A DNA stretch of 62,205 nt, filler included, from Choristocarpus tenellus KU-1152 (taxonomy: Eukaryota; Protista; Phaeophyceae): NCBI GenBank assembly GCA_964200185.2. It is 11 parts of 11 records of this genome, joined end to end, with 100 filler letters (N's around TTAATTAATTAA, not from the genome) between each part and the next. Parts side by side here need not be neighbours in the genome. Positions count along the whole stretch, not along the records: positions 12,896 to 16,334 come from CAXNAD020020024.1; positions 16,435 to 24,787 come from CAXNAD020004818.1; positions 24,888 to 29,263 come from CAXNAD020014838.1; 8 more parts are not named here. One strand, given 5' to 3'. The position numbers and the translations under genes are program-made. Below are positions 12,896 to 24,988 of the stretch, one piece after another; position 1 is the stretch's first letter; every line of letters starts with the position of its first letter. The notes under the pieces were generated by a model. That model had not been told where the DNA came from and ran no database searches. It saw only the letters and a program-made list of their open reading frames with translations.

Positions 12896-12965
12896 CCCAA
12901 AAATCGCGACATGAAAAAATTGACCCCAAATGGACAGCCGCCACCCCCCCCAGATACTTTGAGCC
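12896..12965 (-). mobile_element. End of a poly-G TIR element (family of 28317-28620), truncated by the contig start
   Basis: Near reverse complement of 28317-28385; ends CCCCCCCAGATACTTTGAGCC. Confidence 0.85.
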
Positions 12966-13801
12966 ACTTCGAACTGGTACCCACTATTTATTTTTAATAC
13001 TAACTCCGCTTTTTGGCGTCTTTAGTATTTAAATAAATACTAGAGACCACAAAAAACGGATCTATGGTATTCAAGATCCGCGCGAATCTTGTTTACCGTT
13101 GAACACCCAAAACACGTGCGTTTGGGTTTTTCCAATATTAGAATGATATTCTAATCTTTACATCAAGAAATACAGATACAAACCACATCCTTCATTGATC
13201 TAAAACGTTTGAAACATACGAAACGAAAAGGTCACAAAAAAACAGGTACTCTCTGTCCCAGTTCAATATGAAACCGTATGCTGTTTGATATTCGTATTTA
13301 TTATAACACAATTCCCATAAAAATTGTGAAATCTGAGTATTGAGGATCGACAGACCAGATGAAATAAAACAGCCTAACCCATCATCCCTCAGTCCTCATT
13401 TCAATTCATTCCCTTCTGTAGATACCACGCAGACCTCTTACTTATCCATCCCCATCATACCTTGTCAATCTTTGCCATGTCCAACATTCCCTCAACAACA
13501 ACCCACCCGCCCGCCGATGGCGCTGCCCACGGATCGAGAACGTGGGACTTAACTCTGAAGGGCATGTCCCAGCTCCTAGAGTATCAGTACCTCGGATCAT
13601 ACAAGATGAAACTCACAAACGTCACATGCACAGATATGGTGTGTCCTTTAAGCGAGCGTGGCCTTGCGCGCGTGAGGAATTCTAAAAAGGAGAAAGGCTG
13701 GCTGGAGCAGTTTGCTCCAAGTGTTGTCATCCAGCGAGGCTGTTTAGGTAATGTGGATCAGCTCAACGCCGAAACTGCGCTTGCCATTGAAGGGCGTGTA
13801 T

Positions 13802-14058
13802 GAGTGAAAGTATCTTAGAGGGTACGAGTTTTCCCTATTTGTCCATTTGGGGCTTGACTTCTCATGGGTTTTTTTATGACATTTTCCTACCCCAAAATGT
13901 TTCGGGGTAGGTAAAATATATACGTTATGAAATGGTGTGTCTGGAACAAGGACATTGACTCTTCCTAACGAACGCAATAGCCAAAATTACAACAAAATCG
14001 CAGCATTGAATTTTGGCCCCAAATGGATATGGCCGTACCCTCTAAGATACTTTGGCTC
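13802..14058 (+). mobile_element. ~258-bp MITE, copy 1 (putative Sola-type non-autonomous element)
   Basis: GAGTGAAAGTATCTTAGAGGGTAC...GTACCCTCTAAGATACTTTGGCTC. No clean TSD (gtat/aagt). Confidence 0.92.
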
Positions 14059-15279
14059 AAGTATTCGGGATGACTTTCATATCTTTGGGGCCTATATATT
14101 GACAATAAATCATAGATTGATGTTCACATGTTTGACATGTTTTCAATGTCGTGATGGAGGTTTCTGAAAAGTTGTCAGCGCTTCTTGCTGGTGTTTCTTT
14201 CTAGAAAACAACAGGTCCTAAACCAAGTCCCATCATAAATAATAATATCACTATTCTCTTTTCAAACGTATGATGACATTCATTAAAGGGGAATCGTGTG
14301 ACGATTCCATCTCTTCTCTTCTCCCATACTCACAGAACTAGCAATCTACATCTGCACAGAGTGCACATGTCGTCACCGTAGTTCTGATCGGGATTGAGGA
14401 TGATGAAACGGGATTGACAAATAGAGCCAGCTTCTTTTTGTTATTGCGCCCTTAATGGCACGATCACATGTCCTAAGATCTGTTCACGTCCTACCTTTTC
14501 GTCATATTTTATGAGAAGGATGGTTGAACGGTACTTACATTTCCTTGTAACCCAAGGCCTCACATGAAGTGGAGGAGTATCCCTTGAAGATAATTGACTG
14601 GTTTGTAATTCGTACCCATGGCGACCAATGTTCATTAGCAATCTGGTGCTGTTCGCCCCTACAATTGAACTCGTAGTTCCCAGGTCCGAGCGACATGGCA
14701 TAAAGTGGGTTTCAAGGCAACCATATCAAGCAAGCCACGTTTGTGACCTACTTCCTGCCAATTCGAGATGGACAATGGTAGGGTGCCCGTTGTCTATATG
14801 GGCTTATGAGTTTAGGGCTTCCCTTCATCAGACTTTCTAGCATGCGGAAGACATTGGTGATTGAAGCTTCAGGATATAGGTGACCGAGGAGGGAAGGTGG
14901 CCTCCTTTCCATTTGTGATACTGTTTTCGTATCTGTGGATCAGGCTAGGGTGTGGTGCAGATGCTAATTCTTTCTTTCCTTGGTGTCCTTCACAGCAATA
15001 TCCTCTTACAGTAGTTCCAGCACCTCATATTGCAAATAATTTCTTTACAGTTTGACAACAGAATTACAACCATATCAAAATTACATTCACTCAGACAACC
15101 TGTTGCGAAAGTGCTATTCAGTGATATCCTGTTGTTAAGTACTCCTCTGTCTCATATGCAACAACCATACTGTGGTACTGCCGATTTTTTATGCCCAGGA
15201 TGGGGTACCTCAGGGGGCAATGATGTGATTGGGTTACATCGAAGGCTGCACGGGGGGGAAAAGAAGAGGGGGGAAGCCT

Positions 15280-15600
15280 CCCAAATAATACCCACTGTGC
15301 CCCAGGAGCCCCAGGAGGAAATGAAAACTGAGGAGGCTGTGCTGGGGGGGAAAGGAAGAAAGGAAAACATCTGGCACTATGGAGCCACAGAGATGAAGGA
15401 ACTGCAAGAGGAATGGTATGGATGAGCGAGGGTGTGTAGTTTGTGTCTGCGGAAAATCGGAGAAAAGCTTCGCCAACTAGCACTCACAGTGTCCCAGCAG
15501 CACAAGGAGGTATGGCACAGAGTGTGGCTGTACCTGGGTAGAAGGGGTGGATTCTGCCTGCCTGTGCGTGAAACCACATCAAGAAGATCGCACAGGTAGT
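15280..15600 (+). mobile_element. Possible piggyBac-like transposase C-terminal Cys-rich remnant
   Basis: Frameshifted RVCSLC...TRRYGTECGC...ACLCVKP pattern. No catalytic core or TIR seen. Confidence 0.3.
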
Positions 15601-15777
15601 GATATGGGGTAAGCCAAGATATCTTACATTCAATATTGAGAGTTGGACAAAAACCTTTGTTGTCCAAGGGTCTACATTGTTACATTTTAACTGTATGGTC
15701 GGGTTACTCGTGGTGGAGCTTAGTCAAACTATTTTGTTACTGTATACGTTCCTGTCGAATAATGTTCAACAGCAAAT

Positions 15778-16035
15778 GAGCCAAAGTATCTTTGAGGGTA
15801 CGGCCATGTCCATTTGGGGCCAAAATTCAATGCTGCGATTTTGTTGTAATTTTGGCTATTGCGTTCGTTAGGAAGGGTCAATGTCCTTGTTCCAGACACA
15901 CCATTTCATAACGTATATATTTTACCTACCCCGAAACATTTTGGGGTAGGAAAATGCCATAAAAAAACCCATGGGAAGCCAAGCCCCAAATGGACAAATA
16001 GGGAAAAACTCGTACCCTCTAAGATACTTTCACTC
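15778..16035 (-). mobile_element. ~258-bp MITE, copy 2
   Basis: GAGCCAAAGTATCT...AGATACTTTCACTC with 4-bp TSD AAAT. Nearly identical to copy 1, in inverted orientation. Confidence 0.93.
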
Positions 16036-16434
16036 AAATACCCTCATTGTCTTTGCCACAATGAGAAACGATTTAGAAGGGAATTGGGACGGTAGTGTAC
16101 CTTGCGATATCGTATTATGTTGCAAAAAAATATACAGTATAGACAACAAATATTTGTGATACGGGTATGACTATTCCTTACCTTGGTCAATAATTATGAC
16201 AGTATGATGACCCTTCCATAGTTAGGTGTGTGCATAGTAATGAAATGAGTTCTGACTCTACAAAATATTTTTTTGGAGAAGGGGGCACCACAGTGTTCAC
16301 ATTTATGCGTCTGACCCAAAGTATCTGGGAGGGGNNNNNNNNNNNNNNNNNNNNNNNNNNNNNNNNNNNNNNNNNNNNTTAATTAATTAANNNNNNNNNN
16401 NNNNNNNNNNNNNNNNNNNNNNNNNNNNNNNNNN

Positions 16435-16832
16435 TTAGAGGGTACAAGTTTTGCCCTGTTTGTCCATTTGGGGCTTGACTTCCCTCGGGAGGGTTTTATG
16501 ACATTTTCCTACTCCAAAATATTTAGGAGTAGGTAAAATGTGTACGTCATGAAAAGGTGTGTCCGGAACAAGGATATTGACACTTCCTAACAAACACAAT
16601 AGCCTAAATTACATCAAAAGTATAACATTGTATTTTGACCCCCAAATTTATAACTGGCATATTACCCTGTGATTTCCAGTCTTATCCCAATAAGATATGC
16701 AACCTCTAGCTGTTCAGGCAGTTGTTCGGAACTACAAATAACTTATTCTTTTCTTGTCTGAGAAGACGTGTATTCATTGGTAGTCCAGCATTATTACTGG
16801 ACGCGGCTCTACCCTCTAAGATACTTTGACTC
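16435..16832 (+). mobile_element. MITE copy 3, truncated by the contig start, with a ~150-bp internal insertion (16648-16798)
   Basis: Aligns to the other copies up to CCCCAAAT, resumes at GGACGCGGCTCTACCCTCTAAGATACTTTGACTC. Confidence 0.88.
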
Positions 16833-17149
16833 TTTACCCATCAACATCTCATACCTGAGACAGACAACCCACGTACATCTATTTACTCATTCAAGAATCC
16901 AAGATGCATGCAAATATCAAAGAATACACCCTCGTCATTCACCAAAAACCTTTACGCTATACCAACTAAGTGAATCAATCATCCATTAGTAAACCTACTG
17001 ATCAACAACAAAAACAATGTAAAAAATTCAAATCTTTCTCAAAGCCCCCAACACATAAAATAAACCATTCATCTCAACAACACTCTTGATACCAAAAATA
17101 TCCCCACACCACTACGTAGTATGGAAACGCACATCCTCTCTCTCTTCAC

Positions 17150-20100
17150 CTCGAGGGTTGAGTCCTGAACAGCGGTGAGGGTACGTGAGCGGGGGCGGGG
17201 TCCCTTTGTCTTGATGGATCGGGCATAGCTCTTACCCAAGATGGTACGCTGAGCAATGATCACCACATGGCGGCCACTGACAAAAAGCATCAAAAATAAA
17301 AATAAAAAGTTGTCAAAAAAAGGTATATTCTGAGCAAAAGGGTGTCAGACATGTATTAATTTACAATTGAAAAGAGCAAAAGAAGTATCAGAATATATAC
17401 AACAAAAAGGGGTGCTACGGAGACACCCAGATGGCTCCAGAGCGCTATCCTACTACAGTTTCACAACTCAAGTTGTCCTCTCTTTTCATTTACCACAGGT
17501 AGCCTCATTTTTTCAGTCACAATGACACACTGAGACTCAAGCCTCATCCCTTCCTTCCACCCTACAGAGTGAGCAACTCTTCCCCTCAAATCAAGTAACA
17601 TCCAAAGGGAGATAGATGGATATACAGCAAGGATAGGTATTTCTGGCAAAGTATGCCGATACCTGTCAATACCATTAAGACTGTTCTACACAGCCCACCC
17701 AGTCTCCTGTACATGGAATTTAACAGGCAGAGTAACATGCACACAACTTTACTCAACCAAAGCAACACCCTCAACCAATTCAACCAATTGTTACATGTAA
17801 CACACCGTAAGTCCCTAACCCTAACTACCAAAATTTACCATCTTCAGTCCCTAACAACTACTACCAAAATTTACCACCTTAAGTCCCTAAAAACTACCAA
17901 AATTTACCACCTTAAACAAAAAAAACTTCAAATTGTTAAATTCATCTGTGCTCAGTACAGAAAAAGCAAGGTTCAACGTACACATATTACGGAAAATTCG
18001 AAACACACAACCCTATAATATGAAGGCGGAGCTGCCCCGAGGACACTCTAACACCATAACTATCACTTCACAAGACATCCCAACAGATTTATATGTGTAA
18101 TACAGTAGCATAATCTTTGCATTCACTATTCCAAGGTCAAGATGTAAGAATTAATAGACCGTTCTTTACCTCTCTACTGGCATACATACATACATACATA
18201 CATTCATACACTGCAATATACAGAAACAACTGTTAGCAACTTCTTACCGTGTAACTGTACCTAGGTGAAGCAAAATATTGCGCTTATCTGTCAAATCAGC
18301 AGACCTTGACTACCTTTAGCAAACAACTATCAAAAGTATGTCAATCAACACAACTAATTAAATGAAAAGCATAGCACCACATGCACTAAAAGGGGGTATT
18401 TTCAGGATCACATGTGACTGCCCTGTGAAATTCCACAACAATGCACCTCAAGCAACTTGAATTTGTCAATACACAGCACTCAACCAGTGACTTCAAATAC
18501 CTTCAGCCATACTATTTCATTCTACCGACAGAAGAAACCTATCGAGGAGGAATGACACGCACCACTATGTCCATTTTTATTTTAATCAAAAGCAAATAAA
18601 AAAGTAACTAAATTAGTACTACATTCATATCATGTTCAAGACACATCACAAAAAATGAGCCTCACCTGAACTTCTTCTCCAGCTCACGCACAAGCCGCTG
18701 CTGGATCTTGTGGTATGCCCTCAGAAGGCGGTAGGGCACAAAGACAATGATTGCCTTCTTGCCCCCACCCACATCCACCTGGGACACACCAAAGCCATGC
18801 ATGCATGAAACCATACAGTTAAAACAAATAGAATCCTAGGGGATTGATTCGACCACCAGAGAATGCACTGCCAAGGGGGGCATTGCTGACCACCAGAGAA
18901 GGCTACACCAAGGGGGGCATTGCTGACCACCAGAGAAGGCTACACCAAGCACCGTACAGAAGAGCCAGGTCATTGGTGGAGAAGAGTTCAAAGACATCGC
19001 CCATTTTTCAGTTTTCAACGACTTGTCGAACAAAACATTGATGACAATCTGTTGTAAAGCCAAACCAAAAAAAAAATGGCGTTACAACACAAGTACACAG
19101 GAGGAAAACTGTTCATATCAATTTGCAGGCAGTAGCAAAGATCAGGAGAAAAAAATTAGCCTCATGCAGGGTGCGTGAGCACCAAGACATCACAAGAGCA
19201 AAACGCCACAAAAAACTAACCTGCTCACATCCCTGCAAAGAAGCCATCTCCACTCATCAACCATAGAGCCAAGTTCAACACCATAGCAACAAAGAAGAAA
19301 AAAGAACCACTCTACAAACACACATACCCCAACAGTCAGGCAATCTGAGGCAGTGTGCTCTAATGGTGCTCCTTACTCTACAAACGCATGCTATCACACA
19401 TGCAAAACCTCTTCTAATGCAAGCCAGCAAAGTTAATGATCAGAATGTACATGCTGTTGCTTGAAGAATGAAATATTTTCACAGCCACCCCCACCGCTCT
19501 GTGCCACCAACCCACTGGGAAGGCACACTTTTTCCCTCACCAACTTGGCCCCCACAATGTAAAGGTCACGGATGTCAGCCTTGATATCAGCAGCAGACAT
19601 CTATACATTAGACAAAACGGAAGATACCAGGAAAACGTGGGAAGGGGGAAGGGGGGGTGACCTGTCAGGAGTAGGAGGGATGCAGTATTGATTCAGGAGG
19701 TACAAATTACAGCTCGTCGATGGAAGGGGTTACAAATAAAATCTCCTTCGGGTAACCATCTTGACAAGATGGTTCATATCAGATATGCACTTAAGTGGTC
19801 TTTTGTGCATGCTATGGCAGAGAGGAGGGGGGGAGAGATAACTAAGAGATGGCAGCCAGAGCGACAAGCATCTCTTCCGTTACGGAAACAAAACAGCACG
19901 AGGTTCGATTGAATCAAGGGAACTGAGTGGGTAGGAGAGGAATATAGTAATGCCATCATTCTGCTACTCTGGGTAAAAGAAGAGGGTGGCTGATGCAAAA
20001 AAAAACTAGTTACCACCTCTGAAAGGAGTTGAAGTTGCGTTCCTGCCGAAACTCTGACTAGAGTTACGCACCTCATGAAAACCATTCAAGCAAAGCAACT

Positions 20101-20983
20101 CAATTGCTAGCAATGTCATTTACAAAGAATGGAGTACTAAAACAAGCTGAAGTATGGGAAGGGGGGAACTGGATGTGGTGCAATTATTGATTTGTACTCG
20201 TTGCCGGAGAGCAACTCAGTTCAGTTCACTAGTTACAAGCAGAATTACCCCCTGTTCACCGTACTAAAGAGACGTAATTCTTATATATTTCTTGCCATCA
20301 ATTGTATCTATGCATTCATCAACGTGGGCTCGGCACAAACTCATCTATGTGCCTGATCAGAATCTATGAACAAAGTAGTCATGAATCCTCATTTCTATCA
20401 AACATAATGCTACAGTAGTTGCTATGTTACGGCCTCGAGGAATAGGAAGTTCCACCTGTTAGAAAGGCAAGGATTTTCCCTACAAATTCATTGAATAGCA
20501 TCAAGATGGAGTGCCAGTACCTTAGCAGCAAAATGTCCTACTCATGATTAATAACATTCGGCCTGAACATGACTTTAATATTGTACATCCTTGTAACTCA
20601 GGAATTCGAAACGGAGTTGGTGACCATCATCGGAAGTATCAGAAACAATAACCTCGTGACCACCTGCAATCGAAGTACTATCAATAATCTACCTCGCTCT
20701 GAATTCACCACCAATCACATGGGAAGTACGGGAAGTTTATACCCTACTGAATACCTGAATAACACTTCTCAAATACTCTCGCTCAGACTGCCTAGGACTA
20801 CGAAAACGAGTTCACATCTAGTTTCTAATTGGTGGCGTAAGAGGAATTACAATTTGCAAATATGGGTGCGCCAGGAACACAAGGTCGTACCTCGAGATTG
20901 AAGAGCTCCTGAGCTACGGTCTGCTCGAACTCATCGGCCTCCTGGCCTTCCGGCTTGACGATCTTCGTGGCTCCGGTAAACAT
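17150..20983 (-). CDS. RPS7: 40S ribosomal protein S7 (eS7), exons 1-4; 3' end beyond the contig edge
   Basis: Exons 20983-20891, 19600-19541, 18778-18666 and 17276-17150 with GT-AG borders. Protein: [31 protein letters not shown]|[20 protein letters not shown]|[38 protein letters not shown]|[15 protein letters not shown]...[16 protein letters not shown]. Confidence 0.97.
17810..17913. repeat. Intronic minisatellite, 3 x 33-36 bp
   Basis: agtccctaa...actaccaaaatttaccayctt repeated three times; the first unit contains CCCTAACCCTAA. Confidence 0.85.
18851..18949. repeat. Intronic tandem repeat, 37-bp unit x ~2.7
   Basis: gaccaccagagaa starts at 18851, 18888 and 18925. Confidence 0.9.
19142..19260 (-). 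ncRNA. Candidate structured intronic RNA (pre-miRNA-like hairpin flanked by box C/D-like motifs) in RPS7 intron 2
   Basis: Sense-strand arms UGGCUUCUUUGCAGGGAUGUGAGCA and UGCUCACGCACCCUGCAUGAGGCUA pair over ~22 bp with G:U pairs. UUGAUGA lies 5' and CUGA lies 3'. Confidence 0.35.
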
Positions 20984-21841
20984 GGTTTCTTACCCCCGCC
21001 TCTCCAAAAACCTGGGACAGTGCAAGCGAGGCACAGGACGGACGCCATGAAAGGTGATGCTTAGCTCCACACTGTGGAGGTTAAGTGTACTATTGTATCC
21101 TTCTTTCATGAAATACACCCAGCAAATGTTGTACGGACAAAGGGTGGATGACATGGTACTCTCAACTTCGTCCACATAAGGATGCTTTCTTGCATTCCAT
21201 GTAATGACCTTCACCGATCCATTAGCCCACTATCAATGCATAATAATTTCTTCGGCACACGATAAGTTGTCATCGAGCATTCAAGATAAATGTGGAAGGC
21301 TCAGCGAGCTTAATGGTAGGACCTCTAGGTAGGCCGCACTGATCTGTCCCACATCCTCCTCTCCCCTAGTCCTTGACAATCTGCCCAACACCCCCGCTCC
21401 CATTAGTCAAAGCAGAATATAACACTGACAACTCCGACAACCAGAATCAAACCTGGTGATGCTGCCCCAGCCAGCAGCAGCCCAGACCTAATGTGACCTA
21501 CCTAAACAGGGCTTTCTGTGGTCAAGGATGGGGGAAAACAAAAAAAATGCTGACTAAAGAGCTGATGATTGTTTTGTCGATTATCTTTTTCCCTTCGAAT
21601 AGAATTATATCCCAATCCTAAGGGAATTCCTTGTCTGGCGCCAGCAATGTCCTCAAATATGTTGAGTTTCTCCTAGATCAGGGAAAATACCCATAAACAT
21701 GCTGATTATAGTAACTACTTCAGTGATTGTTAACCGCAAACAGAATTATGTATCCAAGTTTATTTGGTAAGGTTTATGTAGTCCACCTCATAACAATAGT
21801 AGTGCAACTAAGCGAGAGCCAGCGGTGGGTGCTTCGATGAC
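20984..21841. promoter_or_regulatory. Putative bidirectional promoter between RPS7 and the RCHY1-like gene
   Basis: Divergent ATGs at 20983 (-) and 21842 (+), separated by 858 bp. No specific element identified. Confidence 0.5.
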
Positions 21842-24332
21842 ATGGGGATCGATGAGGAAGCCCGGAGGGCTAGAATTACTGCGGTTAATAATGATGCCAA
21901 ATTAACTCAAAGCGAGAAGAGTCGCATGTTGTTCGAAATCATGAACCCGTGTCGAGATACGGAAGGGAAGAGTGAAGAACCTCTCCCAACAGGACCGTAT
22001 GTGGGAAAGATGGGTTGCAAGGTTTGGGAGACTGAGAGCAGTACTTCGATATCCATATTCTTCCGACCACCAATGTGCTAGTCTTGTCACTCCTTGTAAG
22101 TTTGTCACGTAGCGAAACCTACTCCAACGTGTTTTGCTTGAACTACTTTTTTACCTTGTCTGCGACACTTGGGCTACGAACAGCACTACCAGAGGAAAGT
22201 GTGGGTACATCCCCCAGGCAAGAAGTGCACCCCTGGAGGATATACATCGTGCAGACTCTGTCACGAGTACGATCGTTTCGCTGTGAAGTTTATGAAGTGC
22301 AAGGCTTGCCTCGTTTCCCAGGAAGCTGGGCCTTCATGCCAGAACCCAGAATGCTACAAGTTCGGTCAGGTGTGAGATGCTGAAAGGGAACCTGTCATTG
22401 TTGCAACTATTGTTGCTTTTGCAATGTCTAGACAATTGGCGGGGGCGATTATGTTCTGTTTTGTTGCCATGGAGTGCCTCAAGGTTGTATTCAGTAGGTA
22501 CTAGATACCTTGCAGAGGTATCTTCAGCGGCTCAGAACCCGCGACGTTGATCTATGTGCGGGGACATGTTCGAGAGTTTTGCCGAAAACGTTATATGGGT
22601 TTAGACTTGTGGACTGCTAGTGCACTTGCTGCATGCACAGAAGCACCCCCGTCAAGCTTACCCACCTGATTTCTTCATCCTTTCCGCACAAGAAACATTG
22701 GTATTACTGCGGCAATTGTCACCTCTGGGAGGATGCAGAGAAAGATATATTCCACTGTGACAAGTGTGGCATCTGCCGTACTGGGGACCCCAAGCTATAT
22801 CGGCATTGCGATCGTTGCAGGTAGGCCTCCTGACCTAAGGTGATGGTTTTATTTTGTTACGCCGATCACTGGTGTCTCTTGACGCAAGATATTTTTTGAG
22901 AAGAAGCCGCAATGTATAGTCCTCTATGTGTGCAGCAATCATGTGTTGGAATACGTAGATGGGCAGCGAAAGGAACACGATTTCACTGTAACAGGAGGCC
23001 ACAGTCTTTGATGGAACCTAGGACATTCTGTTCCCCTAACACAAACCTTAATCTACACTCTGTACTATAGCTGCTGCCTGGGAGGGGATACCACCGGTAT
23101 GCGCTCAATGTAGCGAGGCACCATCGTATTGCTCCGCATTTTTTGCTTCTTGTGTGCATACCTCTCAGTACCAGCATTTAAACTATGAAACAGTGTTTTT
23201 TAATTAAACTAATGATAAGCTAAAGCTATCTCTAATGAGTAACCACCATGATAAAACCTATCCCATATCACAAATCCCAACATTGGAATTATTACTCTAA
23301 ACGCAAAACCTTGTAGTATGTCTGTAAAACTGCCTGAATACCACCAAAAGCAGAGTATATAGTAACTACTTTACCAATAGCAGTAATTGCAATAATAAGA
23401 AATAAATCTCAAAACTCTTGTGAGTTTTCACCTACCTCTAGGCTAACATTTTTGTCACCATCCCTGCCCATGCTGGTTTATGGCCAGCTTGTGTGTGCTC
23501 AAGGAAGGAGAACACCGTTGCTCCATGTCTAGTAAAGATTGCTGTTGCCCGGTGTGTATGGAGCCCCTGTTCGACTCAAGGAAGGCAGTCTCTTACGGTA
23601 AGCGCACCCATGCATGTGTGTGTACACCATGGAAGTGCAACTACATTGAAAAGTATCTTATGATAATCGGGCTGTGCTTTTTTCTATCTTCCGCCCATGC
23701 ACTTATCTTAACGCTCTTTCTTTTTTTACATTTCAACCTGGTTCTTAGCTAACACTCAAATCAGTAACAGCATGTGGGAAACAGATCGAAGTCACTTCCG
23801 GAAAGATCGCCACATGACATAAACAAGTTTAGCCTGCCCACTCAGTGAAACTGTGGACTGTCACCCTTGTGCCACCCCACCTTCTCTGCGCATGATCGGA
23901 CCCCATTATCCCCCCCCCCCCCCCTGGTTATATCTGCTTACATCCATTATCATGTCTGAGTTGATCTACCTACCCCTGGGCTTGCCGTACCTCTACTCCA
24001 ATGCTCACGACCCTAATTTCAGTACGCTTCAATGCTTGACTCTTTTATCCCCACACCCTTTTTGTCACTTTTTTTTTCATTCCATGCTTCTGCTGCTGTG
24101 TGCGTGCCTGCCTGTGCTTGGTCTCTGTTGTGCACTCGTTCTCGTGTTGGGGGGAGGGGTTTCCCTTTCTGTATCCTTCATCACCCTGGCAGGTAGGTGT
24201 GGACACATGTTCCATAACCCGTGCCTGTGTCAGCTCCTTCAATCGGACTACCGATGCCCTCTGTGTAAGAAGAGCTTGGTGGATATGACCAAGCATTGGG
24301 AACAGTTGGATGTTATTATGCAAGCCCTAGAG
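21842..24332 (+). CDS. RCHY1: CHY zinc finger / RING-H2 E3 ubiquitin ligase (RCHY1/PIRH2-like), exons 1-5; 3' end missing
   Basis: Exons 21842-22021, 22184-22369, 22693-22820, 23488-23597 and 24193-24332, all phase-compatible. Motifs GCKHYQRK, CRLCHE, YYCGNCHLW, FHCDKCGICR, CPVCMEPLFDS, CGHMFH..C and YRCPLCKKS. Confidence 0.93.
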
Positions 24333-24887
24333 GTAATGATGATAAAAGTAAGAGATTCAAAGGAGATCATCATGACACATTTTGCACAACAAGAGTTTTG
24401 GGAGAGAGGGTGCACAATAGTATATAACGGTGGCACTAGTGGTGTGCTTACCAATATGTGAGGCGTTTTTTTTTAGAGTGTGCTGTGACTAGGGAGCAGT
24501 TTGTGTCACTCCTCGGGCTGCAGAGGTTGGTTTGAAGAGATAGAATTAGGGTGGGGGGTAGAGGTACTACGAGCGCTGCCAGTATCCATCTTGCTAGCCC
24601 TTTTTATTGGCTGCACGATGCGAATGTATCCTCTTGAGAATTTTTTTGGTTTTTTGTTTGTTTTTCGTTGGCACCCTGTTTCAAATTTTGTTTTGAGGGC
24701 GCATGGAAAGCTGCTCTGACTCCATCCATGGTAGCACACGTGTGAATACATTTTGTCAACAGCAGTTTCAGTGGCTGATGCCCCCCCNNNNNNNNNNNNN
24801 NNNNNNNNNNNNNNNNNNNNNNNNNNNNNNNTTAATTAATTAANNNNNNNNNNNNNNNNNNNNNNNNNNNNNNNNNNNNNNNNNNNN

Positions 24888-24933
24888 ACCACTACTACTA
24901 CTGCCTCTACTACTATTACCACTACCACTACCA

Positions 24934-24988
<55 letters not shown>
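24888..24988. repeat. (CTA/CCA)n trinucleotide microsatellite
   Basis: About 33 ACT/ACC units at the contig start. Confidence 0.97.

Noticed and set aside
13802-16035. Composite transposon formed by the inverted MITE pair
   Set aside because: The outer flanks (GTAT/AAAT) are not a TSD, and the right copy has its own AAAT TSD.
18851-18949. 37-bp repeats of CRISPR-like length (also the 34-bp repeats at 30180 and 33-36-bp repeats at 17810)
   Set aside because: Head-to-tail with no unique spacers, inside eukaryotic introns, and no cas genes.
19142-19330. U3 snoRNA
   Set aside because: Box C/D-like words are present, but there is no box A/A' 5' domain complementary to 18S rRNA. Kept only as a generic hairpin candidate.
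23853-24461. 202-aa ORF with a hydrophobic stretch before the RING half
   Set aside because: Only 24193-24332 is exon; the rest is open intron sequence.
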